Assembly: GCA_003427395.1 (NCBI GenBank)
Contig: BFEA01000018.1
Span: forward strand, 1,183,382 to 1,247,381
From: Chara braunii
Taxonomy: Eukaryota; Plantae; Charophyceae
Length of the DNA stretch: 64,000 nucleotides
Reading direction: 5' to 3'
Shown: positions 1 to 12,818 of the stretch, in pieces
Numbering within the stretch: the first letter of the stretch is position 1
How the letters are laid out: the number at the start of each line of letters is the position of its first letter
Translations under genes and position numbers: made by a program
The notes under the pieces: model-generated
The model's input: only the letters and a program-made list of their open reading frames with translations
Databases searched by the model: none
Told to the model about the DNA's origin: nothing

Positions 1-1
1 C

Positions 2-1377
2 TCATGGCGATGGGGAAGAAGGTGGGGATGAAAGCTGAGAGGGAGGAAAATTAGAATATTCGAGTTCGAGGTCGTTGTCTTCTTCTTCGGAATCGAAGGA
101 AGATGTGGACGAGGGGAAAGACGAAGAAAGAGGTAGGGGACAAAGACAGGAGACGTGTCGGATGATCGGTCGAGCCGATCGACTTCCTGAGACCTCTGGT
201 GCAAGCCGCACCGTGTTCACTCCGCTAGAACCGAGCTTGCTTACGATAAATCGCCCGAAGAACCGTGGCGCTAACTTGCCTTGGCGAGCACATTTCCTCA
301 CCTGCACTATGTCCCCTAATTTGTGTTGGGGCCGGGGTCCAATGTTCCCATTTCGTGCATCGTAGCTCCCGACCTGTCGTCCGTGGGCCATTTCAGTTAT
401 TCGCTGTCTCTTTCGGGCTAACCGGGGGAGGGCCCTTTCCATCAATTCCAGNTGGCGTTGGGCCTTATCCTTAATCGTCGCTCTAGTGGCCCGTCGCGGA
501 AGGGTCATTTCATCATTTAGGCTCGGTAGGGCTACACAGGCCAAACTATTTGTCTGTAATTGGAAGGGGGTCAGGCCGGTAGACTCATGGTGTGTTTCCC
601 GGTGAATAGCCAGGGTGTGGTCCACGATATCTCGGGCCAAGGCCTCGTGTCTCTTGCCTCGATATTACACCGCAATGTCGTCTTGATTACTCCGTTCAAG
701 TTTTCTACCAGTCCATTCGATTGCGACATATGGGGCCAGTATTGCGGATGGAGACACCATGTAGGACCAGGGTCCTCAATACTTCCCCTTTGAATTCTGC
801 CTCGTTGTCCGTTAGGATCTCCTCTGTGTCCTGATGCATTCCGAAAAAACGGTTGACATACCGTGCGATCTCCGCCGCCTATCGCGTCTTGCAAGGATAC
901 TCCTCGATCTATTTAGAGGAATAATCTACGAATACCAAAAGAATTGAATATTCACAACTATTCTGTTTTGGGGGCACGACAATATCAGTGGTATCCATGC
1001 TGACCCTTTGGAATGGCCGTTCAACTACGGTGGGCACTATCAATCTTGGCGGCTGAATTGGCGCCTTTCGGCGGCATAGACCAGACAATTTCGGACGATG
1101 AATTTAACATCGTCACGAATATTGGACCAATACCATTCATTCTTATCAGTCGCCGACTCCGTAATCCGGACGCCGAAGTGGGCTGCAGTATCCTCGTGCG
1201 CCGACTTAACCCAGTCATAAACGGATTAGGCACGACCATCCAAATACCACTACCATCTGTCTTTCGCTTTTCTAACCGTCCCTCGTTCCATCGGTAATCC
1301 CGTTCCCTCTCATTGGCCCGTCTCCGATCCTCCTTGGTGAATTCTCGGAGGGGGTTTCCAACCAATGTAGCTATCAA
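2..1377 (-). pseudogene. Gypsy integrase (HHCC zinc finger, DDE core, GPY/F-like motif), frameshifted
   Basis: Manual translation across frames gives AHEDTAAHFG...WYWSNIRDDVKFIVRNCLVY (HHCC), RPFQRVSMD, ILTDNEAEF, SQSNGLVENLN, HESTGLTPF and KLAPRFFGRF. Confidence 0.93.
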
Positions 1378-1443
1378 AACGTCATATGTCTACACCTCAA
1401 CCCTCCTAAACCTACTGGTCTTTTCCAATCCCTCGGGCGTGGC

Positions 1444-1728
1444 TTAGAGGAATCGAGCTTCGGTCGGGATCTTATCAGTCTGGCATAAGGGACATAGCCA
1501 GGTTTTGTTTGCGTTCATGTATTGAATACAGGAGTCGTGGGCCCTTGAAACACACTGTTGACAATTTACCCATTCGACATATCCTTCCCCGCTAGGACGC
1601 ATAGGGACCGGGTAGACACGCGAGATTGCTTCGCAAAAATAACAAAATTTATCGGGCAGGGAGGGAAAAGGCAGAGATGAGAGGGGAGAGAGGGGTCCTT
1701 CAAAATTACGTCCACGTCCCATCGTCAT
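1444..1728 (-). pseudogene. PHD finger (Cys4-His-Cys3) segment of pol between RNase H and integrase
   Basis: CYFC-x23-CQQC-x4-H-x2-C-x9-WLCPLC at about 1483-1644. Same reading frame as the 1021..1377 ORF that leads into the integrase N-terminus. Confidence 0.8.
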
Positions 1729-1789
1729 TGTACCTGTCGATCACTGCTTCGAAGTTCGAGCGAGGATGGCCACTTGTCCGTACGAGGGT

Positions 1790-2690
1790 CGGCGGTTGGC
1801 TCCGGTTCCTTCCACGGAGTGATCTCTTCACCCCTGGCCACCTTGTTGGGTCGGTGCAACCGTGTCAGCCCGTCAGCGTTCCCGTGCTTCTCCATTTTTC
1901 GATGAACGATATCGAAATTGTATTCTTGCAATCGTACAGCCCAATGTCGAATCATGCCCGTGTAATTGGTAAGCCTCTTGAGGGTCAGCAGAGGCTCATG
2001 GTCCGTGACGAGGAGGAATTTTTGTTCGTATAGATACGGATGGAACTGCTGAATTCCCCAGACAACCACGTAGCATTCTCCCTGAGGAACCAAATCGTTC
2101 CTTCTCTCGTCGAGCACCGTTCGCGAAGCGTACTCAATAACATGTTCGCGGTCGTCTTTCCCTTTCCGAGCCAAAATAGCAAAAATCGCCTCAGGGTGCC
2201 AGTCCGTAATGAGTATGAACTGCTTCTCAAGGTCGGGCCGGATCAAAATAGGCGTCGTGGCCAAAACCTCCTTCAAAGTGACAAAGGCCCGTTCACACTC
2301 GGCGTCCCAACTCAGTGGTTGGTCCTTCCGCAGAAGATTCGCTAGAGGCCGTGCGATTGCTGCGAATCCCTTGATAAATCGGCGGTAGTACGAGGCCAGC
2401 CCCAAAAAGGCCCGGACCTGCGTCAACGACGTAGGCGTGGGGGCCCCTCGAACAGTCGCGACCTTTCTGGAATCCGGTCTTAAACCTCCCTGGGTCACCA
2501 CATACCCTAGGAACGAGATCTCGGAAAGGAAGAACTCACTTTTCTCCAGTGTGATCTTGAATGCGGCATCTTGTAGCGCCCCAAGTGTCCACTCAATATG
2601 TTGCGCGTGTCCATGAAAGAATTCCGAATACACCAGGATATCGTTCATATACACAATGACGCAGGAATTGATCACCCCCTGGGTCAGCTT
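1790..2690 (-). pseudogene. Gypsy reverse transcriptase C-terminal half and RNase H
   Basis: VIVYMNDILVYS (YxDD mutated to YMND), ISFLGYVV, VRAFLGLASYYRRFIKGFAAIARPL, FILITDW, YASR, TDHEPL, HGNADGLTRL, all in ORF 1725..2813. Confidence 0.95.
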
Positions 2691-2756
2691 TGTCTTGTTG
2701 ACAAAATTTTGGAAGGTGAGGCCTGATTGGTGAACAGCACGGTCGGATGGTTCCGA

Positions 2757-3115
2757 CCTACGTAGCACCGTGCTCGGAGGCGAACGCGAACATGTTCGCC
2801 CGAGCGCGAACAAGCACGAAAAACCCTCTGAACGCGAACATAAAAAAAAAAAAAAACATTTCTCCGAAACATCTGCAAAAACTACATGTTATGTAAAATA
2901 ACAATACAAGCAACTTTTGCCTTGGAGTCATGTTCAAATTCGTAGCCAATCATCAGTTAAAAATCAAAAACCAAAACAAAACAAAAAATGTTTTTTATTT
3001 TTTATGTAAAAAAAATTATGTTCGCCCGAACACGTTTGCGAGCTGTTCAAGGGAACGTGCGAACACGTTCGCGCGAACGTGAAGGGGCGCGAACACGTTC
3101 GTCGTGCTATGCAGG
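2757..3115. mobile_element. ~360-bp non-autonomous DNA transposon (MITE) inserted into the Gypsy element
   Basis: Imperfect TIRs CCTACGTAGCAC / GTGCTATGCAGG. GGTTCCGACC occurs at 2749-2758 and 3114-3123, giving a TSD of 6, 8 or 10 bp depending on boundary. Clustered GCGAACA/TGTTCGC subterminal motifs. The paralogous empty site is at about 36970-37010. Confidence 0.8.
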
Positions 3116-3124
3116 TTCCGACCA

Positions 3125-4210
3125 TTCCCAATCCCGGGTAACCCAATGCAACGTATTGGTCAAGCGGGATAAGTTCCGCAGCTTCTTCAGTAGTGCCCGC
3201 TGCACTTCCTCCTCCTTCCATCTTTTCAATCATCGTGCCCACCCTCCCTGGCCCATTGGCCACGACCGCAGCAGCCACAGGGGAGGCTCCAACTCAAGCT
3301 TGTGTAGGTCGGAGTGAACAGTCTCGAGCTATGTGACCCAATTGGTGACACGTGTAACAGACGCTCATATTAGCCGCCGCTACACCCATGGCCTGAGCGG
3401 AGGCGATTCCTTGCGCCATTGGTGCGGCTCTGACGGGCCGTGACGACAATGGGGCACATCGACCACATTAACGATTATATCCTGGCATTGTGCTCACTTT
3501 GTTCCTTCTTACTTTTCTGCATCAAGCTAACTAATGTTCGGGTTACTTCCATTATGGCATTTGATTCACTCGGCCTTGCCGAGGAGTCCCTTGGGGTAAT
3601 CATCTCCTTCTAGGAAACTGGCGCCAAATTTTCGTTTCATTTCCTCCGCAGCCGACATGATCTGTTGCAGGGTATGATTGTTTGGGGAGAACTGCTTCCG
3701 CAATTTCGCCCTCATTGTCCGGCTACGGAGACCGTCGATGAATAGATCTCTCCCGACCTCTTCCCCTCTCTGTGTTTTGACGAACATCCTATAGAACCTA
3801 TTATGATATTCAGTAACGGATTCGAGTGGTTTCTGAACCCGATCCTGGATCATAAAAAGGGTCTGTTCAGGATGGATATAGTCGAATCGGTTTAAGAAAT
3901 CCCGCTCGAAGGTCGGGAGATTCACCCAAACGTAAGTGCTGAGCCAGTGGTGCGCATCCCCTCCCAACCAGGCGGGGATGTTGATTCGAGCTTCATCATT
4001 GTCGTATTGTTGCGCACGCAGTGTGGCCAGCCATGCTCCAGCTAGGTGATGTGCGGGGTCAAAGAGATACAAATCAGGTGGAGCCACAGGTGCGCAAGCT
4101 CGAATTGGTAGTGCGGGAATGGGTACCCCGCCTAGCTGTACATTAACGTTTTGCGCTTGATTGGCGGTCATGTTGGCGGCCAGCTGACCCACCGACCTAC
4201 TTCGGGTCAA
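3125..4210 (-). pseudogene. Gypsy gag with CCHC zinc knuckle
   Basis: ORF 3566..4210 contains LGGDAHHWL...FERDFLNRF...QKPLESVTEYHNRF...LFIDGL (retrotransposon gag pattern). CYTCHQLGHIARDC at about 3318-3362. Confidence 0.88.
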
Positions 4211-4319
4211 TATTGGGTCGCGTCCCGACGCGTTCCTTTGCCTAGGTCGCCCTCGGTTTGCCAGATCGCTTTAACTAGGGGGCCTACCCGCTTGTCAATC
4301 TGTGAGCTCGCCACGTATC

Positions 4320-4332
4320 GACTCCGATACCA
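4320..4332 (-). promoter_or_regulatory. Primer-binding site, tRNA-iMet type
   Basis: Minus strand TGGTATCGGAGTC versus canonical plant TGGTATCAGAGC, located between the LTR and gag. Confidence 0.85.
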
Positions 4333-4450
4333 ACCTCGCGCCCAACGCAACTTCCTGATCGGAGTGGAATGGGGGCGGCGGGGGCCTGGAAGTGCGAAGA
4401 GGGGTGTGCCAAGGATTTTAGGAAAGTGGGGGTAGAGTCCCAGGTCGGAA

Positions 4451-5128
4451 CTAGGATCTCTTGCGGCAAGTTTCAGGGACAGTTGTGCAAGATAGTAGGG
4501 GCGGGGCGCATCTGGATTTTATGCCTTCGGAAGTGAAGTTACCATCCCCGCGAGGTTCCGCGATAGGGCCGGGTTCGGATTTGATGAACCGGTGGAAGCT
4601 ATGGGGGTCGCGCTGCCTGAACAGCTGCTGGCGTCGCTCATGGCAAGCCTCGGAATCCGACGAGGCCGACCTGAAACGGAGGTTGTGTGCTCGCTGCTCG
4701 ACCTCGGTCTGGGTTCGTCGAATAAATCCAGCGGCTCGGTACTCGATGTCTTGCTGGCACTTGGAGCACGAGGTTCGGGGCTAGTAAGGGGCGATCGTGT
4801 GCCAAGGGACGGCAGTCAGGCAATGAAAAGGCAATACGAGGTGATAGGGAGGGAAGTCCGTTTCAAGGATGAGGATACCAGGTTCGACGATGACGTCGGT
4901 TACGTATGAGCTGGGGAATTGGGAGGGAAATGGGATTGCACTTAAGGCCCGTTCAATGTCCCATTCACAGACCCGTTCGTCCCCTGTCCGATAGGGAAAT
5001 TTGGGAGGATTGGGTCCGGGTCGTGCGAGAAGGCGCTTTCTCCCACTCCCAGTGCTCCCGGAATCGTCGGTGCCTCAGAGTCTCAGACTTTCTCGATCCG
5101 TGATATGAAACGGAATTTCATTATCCAT
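4451..5128 (-). pseudogene. LTR-encoded ORF, copy A1 (unknown protein)
   Basis: MDNEIPFHITDRESLR...PKFPYRTGDERVCEWDIERAL...EPGILILETDFPPYHLVLPFHCL...PRTSCSKC...YRAAGFIRRTQTEVEQRAHNLRFRSASSDSEACHERRQQLFRQRD. Has a frameshift and an internal stop. Confidence 0.75.
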
Positions 5129-5927
5129 ATCGTCGTAAATTTCTTCATGGGTTCTGGAAGCAGGTCTTGCAGACACGCGTGTGAGCAACGTCCTTCTCGG
5201 TCACGCTTACACGTGTGTGCACAAGATCGCGCTCTCACTCGGATGGACACGGATCAGATGGCTATTTTCGGACGGGACAGTCATGCATCGAATCGAATGT
5301 TCGCTCCTCGGTCGAGACATACATCCATCGAGACGACAAACTTTCCCATCAGACTTGTCCATACGACCTCAAAAGAAAATGGGAATGAGAAATCAACATG
5401 TACTCATGCATTAAATCCATCCATTTACAAGGAGAACAACATGCATTCCCATTAAGCCAAAGGCCTCACAAAGATCTAACGCAAGCGCCCGAGGGGCCGA
5501 TACGCCCAAATTCTCAATAAGGAGGAGGAAATGAGAGAGAACAGATCGGGTGTATGTCTGCAGTCGCGCGGGTAAGCGGCGACCCTCAGGGTCGAACTTT
5601 CTCGGGTGGGCACACGATTGATCATACGATTTCCTAGAGAAGAGGGAAAATGGGGGCGAGAAGTCGGCAAGTACACATACATCACGCCGCTTCAGCCAAA
5701 CGAATCTTTCATTCACATCATCATAGCCCATAGTGCACAGAAGTCATACTCAGCCGATCATCGTACTCANTCCGACAAGTCACAGAGAAACAGAGACTCG
5801 GATGGAAAATCAAATCATTCGTCGTTCACCAAGAAGAAGGAAAGCAAGAGATAGCCGCGAGCAAAAAGATGGTTGGCGCCAATTGTCAAAATGACATAGA
5901 TGAGGGGAGAAAAGACACCATCCCAAC

Positions 5928-5988
<61 letters not shown>

Positions 5989-6301
5989 NNNNNNNNNNNN
6001 NNNNNNNNNNNNNNNNNNNNNNNNNNNNNNNNNNNNNNNNNNNNNNNNNNNNNNNNNNNNNNNNNNNNNNNNNNNNNNNNNNNNNNNNNNNNNNNNNNNN
6101 NNNNNNNNNNNNNNNNNNNNNNNNNNNNNNNNNNNNNNNNNNNNNNNNNNNNNNNNNNNNNNNNNNNNNNNNNNNNNNNNNNNNNNNNNNNNNNNNNNNN
6201 NNNNNNNNNNNNNNNNNNNNNNNNNNNNNNNNNNNNNNNNNNNNNNNNNNNNNNNNNNNNNNNNNNNNNNNNNNNNNNNNNNNNNNNNNNNNNNNNNNNN
6301 N

Positions 6302-6416
<115 letters not shown>

Positions 6417-7771
6417 CTATATCTCCAACCAGAGAGATAGACTCCTCCCTGACCGCGCTAACTTCCAAATTTATAGAGAGCAAACTAATCGCGCTAGCGA
6501 AATTTATAGCATGCATGCTTGCACGAAAAACCCGGGATTGTGCCTGAGCAGGGGAAAAGAGGAAGTGCCTACGTCTGCATGGCCAGGCCGCGGCGTGGGG
6601 GACGGAGCCACTCTCCGCGCATCGATCCAGTCATGAAACGTTGGAACCAATTAGAACAGAGAAGGAAGTGTGCATGCACGGGCGAAGGTGGGGTGGGGAA
6701 AAAGACATCAAGAACGAGAAAATTACAGTTGCAATTACACCCGCCAAAAGTTACAGTTACGCACAGGATTAAGGCGTGGAGAAGTCAGAGCCCAGATCCT
6801 GCTGTGGTAAGGCGCGCACAAGCAAGAAGCGTCGTGTAGCCAGATTGCGAGGTACCTAAATTCCTAGCCTAAATCCTAATTACAAAAAGAAATTCGGAAA
6901 GAAACGATTATGAGAGCCCATGGGGGCTCGATACTAGTTCAAAGATTCAAAAACGACATTCCCGCGCGATGATCGCACCAAAATTCCCAGTTCCCACATT
7001 ATAACAAGAAAGAAGCTATGGCAACAATTATCTTTTGCGCTCGCCAAGGCGCATTCACTTTAACTGCCTGCCCAGAACTTTCTCGGCCCTGTCCAAAAGT
7101 CCAAAAAGAAAGAAGCGAGGGCATCCATGCAACTTGCCCAGCCGACCCATCCGAATGCTTCTCACCCGACCAACCCGTCCGAACCCGTGAAGCAGCTTCG
7201 TGCAGAAAGTCGCACGGTTACGGGAAACAGTTCGTCACAAGCTAATCGAGGAGAAACTGTCTCGAGTGTAGCTCTTCTCTGGACGGAACCAGAGTTGTGA
7301 TCAATAAATCTGTTAGCTTCTTCTATGATGTTTCAAGTTCCTTTTTGTCTTTGGTTTTAGGTTGGAAGCCAGACTAGGACAATCACCTTCCGTAGTCGCC
7401 CATTAGCTTATCCAGATGGTCTACAGAGGGCCCCATTCCTTATGAGACTCCCTCCCGCCACCCACTCTCATCAGTTCTCCCTGGCACACGCCCACTCCCA
7501 CAATCCTACCTCAGTGTCTACCACTCAGGACTGTCACCCTCCTGTCATCTCAACGGGGGTGACCTGACCGGACAGTGGTTGTAGGCACCAGGGCTAAGCA
7601 GGAACTACCCAGCTCGGCCGTGATTTAAGCACGGTTGAACAAGCCCTGTCGTACGGGTACTTCGAGCGCTAGGCATGGACATTCTTCTACAGGCCCCATA
7701 GCTGGACCCATTCTTATACCTCCCCCCCAGCTTCTTGTTGTATTGTTCGTTATATGTACCGCTGTAATTAT

Positions 7772-8032
7772 GACCAAGAGGTTCTAGCCTATTATCAGTA
7801 GATGTACGGCCACCGTCCGCCCTTCTACCTATAGACATCCCCTCTAGGGCCTAGACCCTTCTCTAGTCACATTGTTGTCACCTTGTTGTGGTTGATGTGC
7901 TGATGTTATTGTGGTCATTGTTGGTTCTTATGATTGTGATCCAGAGGTTCTAGCCTATTACCAGTAGATTTGCAGCCACCATCCACCCCTCTACGTATAG
8001 ACTTCCTCGTAGACCCCTCTCTAGTCACGTTG
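7772..8032. repeat. Imperfect ~100-bp direct repeat (2 copies)
   Basis: CCAAGAGGTTCTAGCCTATTA...CTCTAGTCAC at about 7773 and about 7941. Confidence 0.7.
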
Positions 8033-10452
8033 CCATGGTTATGCTCTTGTTGTTCGTTCTGCTCGTTGTTGGTTGCGTTCTATTTGTCAATGCGGGGAGA
8101 AGGCCATCCCACCAGTATCTATCCCTAGGACAGCTTATTATTCTCCATAAATAATAATAATAACAGTGAAATAAAGAACCAGAACCAAAGTCTGAATCTC
8201 CTCCTTACTGCCAGCAACTCACCATAGGCATCTCCTACACCTTCCTCCTTCTTGGCTAAGTGGATGGCTATGGTGGACTAGCGGAGCCCCGCTCCGATTT
8301 TCAAAGGACAACTCAAGGACAATGTGTCCCTCCTACAATGGCCGCCATGCCCAGCACTGCCCTGAAGTCTTCCTTGATTAAGCCAATCCCGTATGATGCC
8401 TTCCAGGTGCAGCGCCAACCAAGAGGATGAAGATGCAGACCACCATTGCCAGGTAAGCACCCCAGTCACTCTCCTCCTTGCTCACTGTCTTCCTCCTACT
8501 ACTACTACTGCCCGGAGTATTCCTCGTTGGTCTTCTCCACCATAGCCAAGGTGGAGGGCCAAGCCCGCTTTCTTCCTCCCAAGCGCTGGAACACCAAGTG
8601 CTCGCTCGAGCAGCGTGATGCCAAACTTGCACACCGCAAAATGAGGAAGAGTGCCTTGCTCTTCCCAAAGATATACTGGCAGCTGCCTCCTTGGGCAGTG
8701 ACTTTCCAGGCCGCTTAGCCTCCCAAGCGACCAGTACCTGCCTCCTTTCGGAGGGAAACATCATTGCAGGTCTGATATCCTTCGCTACAGGCCCTGGACT
8801 CAGACTACTGGACTGGTACCCCTAGATCTAAGCCTACCGGAGTCTAAAATTCCCTCGGCCTCTAAAGGTACTAACTTTTTGACTTCTTCTGTCTACCTAC
8901 CCGCTACTCAAGTGTTTTCTGTCCTACGCGGACCTAGCCTACCTGCCACTCGAGCGTTTTCCATCTACGTGGGCCCAGCCTACTGCTACGTCCCTGCTGC
9001 AAAACACAAAGGCACGGCCACAGGTAAGTACCATGCACAAGGGCCTTCCCAGCATACAAGTACCCTGGCAGGTCACACACACACCCAAGCAATCATTTAA
9101 ATTAGACAAACACACGGAAACCCAGCAAGCATGCACGCACACAGACTTAGAAATCGGAGCAGAATGGGGGAATCTCAGCAAGTCACACAATCCAGCGGCA
9201 AAGGGGGTAACTTCAGTACAGTCACCAAAATGACTCATAATTGCACTTTGGAATAAAAAGAAGTTAGAAGTGTGAGGTACCAGGCCTCAACCAACAATTT
9301 TTAGAATATAATAAGATTGCATGTTTTGATTTCAAAAAGAACAAAAGAAGTTGGAATATCCATGCACGAGGTAGTTGCAGGCGACGAAGGGCCTTGCTCC
9401 ACTACTTAACATTCTACATGCATTTTGATGCCTTTCTGGACCAGGTGCAATCGGAGTCGTCACCATTTTGAATGTATACCAGATTATTGTCACCTCCAGA
9501 TACTCCAAGTCTTAGAGTGTTCTGTTGTGGAGCTAGGCCCTAAGCAGTTGGCTGAGCAGTTGAACGCTAAGCAAAGGTAGGTAAGTAGCCGAAGGGTGAA
9601 CAGTTCGCTAAAGCAGTTTGCTACTGTCTTTTCCCCAAATACAAGGCATGGCCATTACAGGTATTTGGCAGGAAACTGCATGAATACATTGAATAGGGCT
9701 ATAATGACCTGGTCCTTGCCTTTGTTTCTTTTCTTTCTTTTCTCTTTTTGACTGCCTTCTCTTGGGCCTCAGACAGGAGGCAGTTGAAGGTTGTTCACGT
9801 GAACTCACAACATCAGTCTTATGGACAACAAATTGCCTTTTTTTGTTGTTTTCTTTATCTCATCCCCTCCTTTTCTATTGTTAGTGGGGTGTGTGTGTGC
9901 AAGGGGGGGGGGGGGGGGGGGGGGGGGGGGAGGAAAGAGGCACTAGTAGATATTTTGTACGGGGGCAAACAAAGCGTACTGGCCACGGATCATTTCCTTT
10001 TCTACTTCAGCCAGTAGCTTTCCAGCAGTGTATTTGTCAGCCTGCCATCATTCCCAAATAGGAGGAGAAGCTATAATATTATATCTCTATATGACCTGAA
10101 AATTGGGCTTGCACAAAAGAAAGAAAAAGCATTGCAAGGTACGGGGTATTTGCCGCTTTACATTGCAACCCTCTCACAGTTAACCTTTAGTGACTGAATG
10201 TGGGCACGGTTGCCCTCAGATACATCAGGGAAAGTCCGAGTCTGAACATAACTCGAAAAGGTATTCAGCAATACAGCATAATGGTAACCGAAAGTGCGCA
10301 AGGATTTTAGTGTCGTTTATTATTGTTGATGATCCGATCAATTGGAAGTAGCAATCAAGATTCCAGTCTTTATTATATCCCCATTAGGGAGGAGTATTTC
10401 CTCTCTAATTGGAATGCAATATTTCCTCTCAATTGGGACATAATCAAGGCTC

Positions 10453-10527
10453 TGCGTGGTAGCTCGGTTGGTCACAGCACAAGCATCACGTGGGAGATGT
10501 TGCCGGTTCAATTCCAATCGGCCCTCA
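10453..10527 (+). ncRNA. tRNA-derived sequence (SINE head or tRNA pseudogene)
   Basis: A-box TAGCTCGGTTGG at 10460 and B-box GGTTCAATTCC at 10505 with tRNA-like spacing. The cloverleaf stems are not intact. Confidence 0.55.
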
Positions 10528-10849
10528 GCCTGTCCTGCGAATGCTCAGGTTGGTGCTAGGTTCGCACACCACATAGTTGTCCCCCAGCCTGGCATAGACA
10601 TTCTGCATTCTGATAGAGTATGGGGCACCAAGCACAGTAGCCCAGTTGGTTACAGCGGCGATATCATCCCAGCCGAGGTTGAAGGTTCAATGTTTGGCAG
10701 GTTGACTTGCTGACCTTCGTGGGGATACTTGCGTGTTAGCATCGTACTCACACCCATTAGGCGTACCGTAGAGAAAGCAGGGGGTCAGGGGGGATGGTGC
10801 GGACCGACAGTGAATAATGCGGGTTTCGGGATCTGCAGTGCCCTATTCC

Positions 10850-11435
10850 CCCCAATATGATACTAGCAGGAGATGGTTGAAGTCCTCAAAATTACACAAT
10901 TCATAATGTACTGATAAGGATGGGTTGCTGGAGGGATGGGCCGGAGGTTTTTCCTTGTTGGAACCATCCCTACTGGTTCAGGTCTCCGGATCTGTAGGCC
11001 CGCAGCGAACTGGTGCAGGTTTTGGGACCAATGGTACCCTACTCCCCCCGATATGATAGTAGAAGGGGGTAGCTGATGCCCTCAAAATTACACAATCCAC
11101 AATGTACTGATAAGAGTGGGGTGGGGGGGGGATGGGGCAGAGGTTTTCCCTGGTTGGAATCCACCCTGCAGCGAACTGGTGTGGGTTTCGGGATAGGTAT
11201 TATCCTGCCCCCCTGGCATGATACTAGCAGGGGGTAGTTGATGCCCTCAAGATAACACAACCCGTAACGTACTGATAAGAATGTGTGGGCCGGAGGGTTT
11301 CCCTGGTTGGAATCGGCCCTGCAGTGAGCTGGTGCGGGTTTCGGGGTTGGTTACCATATCACCTTGCTCCCGCAATATGATACTAGCAGGGGGCAGTTGA
11401 TGCCCTCGAGATAAACACCATGTCCATAATGTATT
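10850..11435. repeat. Degenerate tandem repeat, 4 units of ~160-195 bp
   Basis: Recurring ATGATACTAGCAGG...TGATGCCCTCAA...ACACAA...ATGTACTGATAAG at about 10855, 11050, 11217 and 11376. Confidence 0.8.
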
Positions 11436-12226
11436 GATACTTAAATTAGGCTAGGAATTTGGATGCATTGTAATTCTGCCTGCAACTGCACGCTGCTTCT
11501 TGCTTGCGCGCGCTTTGCTGCGCTAGGGTCTGTGCTCTCGTTTCTCCGCGCCTTAATCCCGAACGTAACTGTAATCTTCTTGGCAAGCGCAAATGTATCT
11601 GCAATCTTCTCTTTCTTGATATCTTCGTCACGCCCCTACGCGCACATGCTTTCCTCGATCTTATTGGCCTGAACAGTGCATGACTCGCGTGGAGAGTGGC
11701 GATGTCCCCCACGCTGCGGCCTGGCCATGCACCGCAAGCCATCTTTTTGGTCGTGGTTATCTCGGGTCTTTCTTTTCTGTGAAGTGATGAATGGTTAAGT
11801 ATATCTCTCCCATGCTCCTCCCTCCTTCTAATTAGTTGCCGACTCGGTCAATTGATTGCCCACACTCGATCCACGTATGCTCTCTGGTTAGCTCCCAGAA
11901 GTGGAATGATGCGAGTGATTGGATGTTTTGATGCATGAGTGCTTGTCGTTTCCTCGCCTTTTACCTTCCTGTAATATGGATAAGCATGCCGATTGATTAG
12001 ATGACTGTCTCACCTTGAGCTTACCAAGCGACAACTCTTCGCCAACGAGTTGATATGTACTAAAAACTGTGAGAATTTCCAGCCTGATTGAAGGAAGATC
12101 TTGTGCACGCACGTATACGCCCGACCGAGGGAGGTTATCGCTTACACTCGTGTCTACAAGATCTGCTCCCGATCATAGTGCCTGTCGAGCACCCCGAATG
12201 TATGGATTCCCACCCCACCACGCAGC

Positions 12227-12790
12227 ATGAATATTGAGACTATTTTCCGGATCACTGAGCGCGAGTGTTTGAGGGATCGCGAGTTCCGAGAGTATTGGGA
12301 ATACACATGTTTCTCTGCACGCTCTAGGACAGAGCTCCCAGAGTTTCCGTACCCAACAGGAACCGAGCGTATCTGCGAGTGGGATATTGGGCGGGCCTTA
12401 AAACGTATTCCCCATTTCCCCAATTGTCCTAGCTCGTACACATGTCAGGTCATTGCTGAACCCGGTATTGTTATCATTGAAACGGAGTTTCCTCCCTATC
12501 ACCGTCTATTGCCCTTTCACTCCCTGACCATTGCCCCTTCGCGTGCACTTGCCGCCTAATGGCCACAACCACAGTATTCCGAGTGCCTGCCAGACCACAC
12601 CTATCGAGCATCGGGATTCATCCGGCGAACCCGCTTGGAAGCTGAACAACGGGGGCACAGCCTCCGGCTAAGGTCGCCACGTCTGCTTCTGAGATCTGCG
12701 AAACCCGTCGACGACGGGTGTTGTACCAACGGGACAGCCATAGCATCCCAACGGTACACAGAATACGAGTTTGTCCCTGGCGGTGGGACC
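12227..12790 (+). pseudogene. LTR-encoded ORF, copy A2
   Basis: MNIETIFRITERECLRDREFREYWE...PEFPYPTGTERICEWDIGRAL...EPGIVIIETEFPPYHRLLPFHSL...*WP...YRASGFIRRTRLEAEQRGHSLR. Confidence 0.75.
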
Positions 12791-12818
12791 AACGAAGGTG
12801 ATTGCCCTGTTCCAGGAC

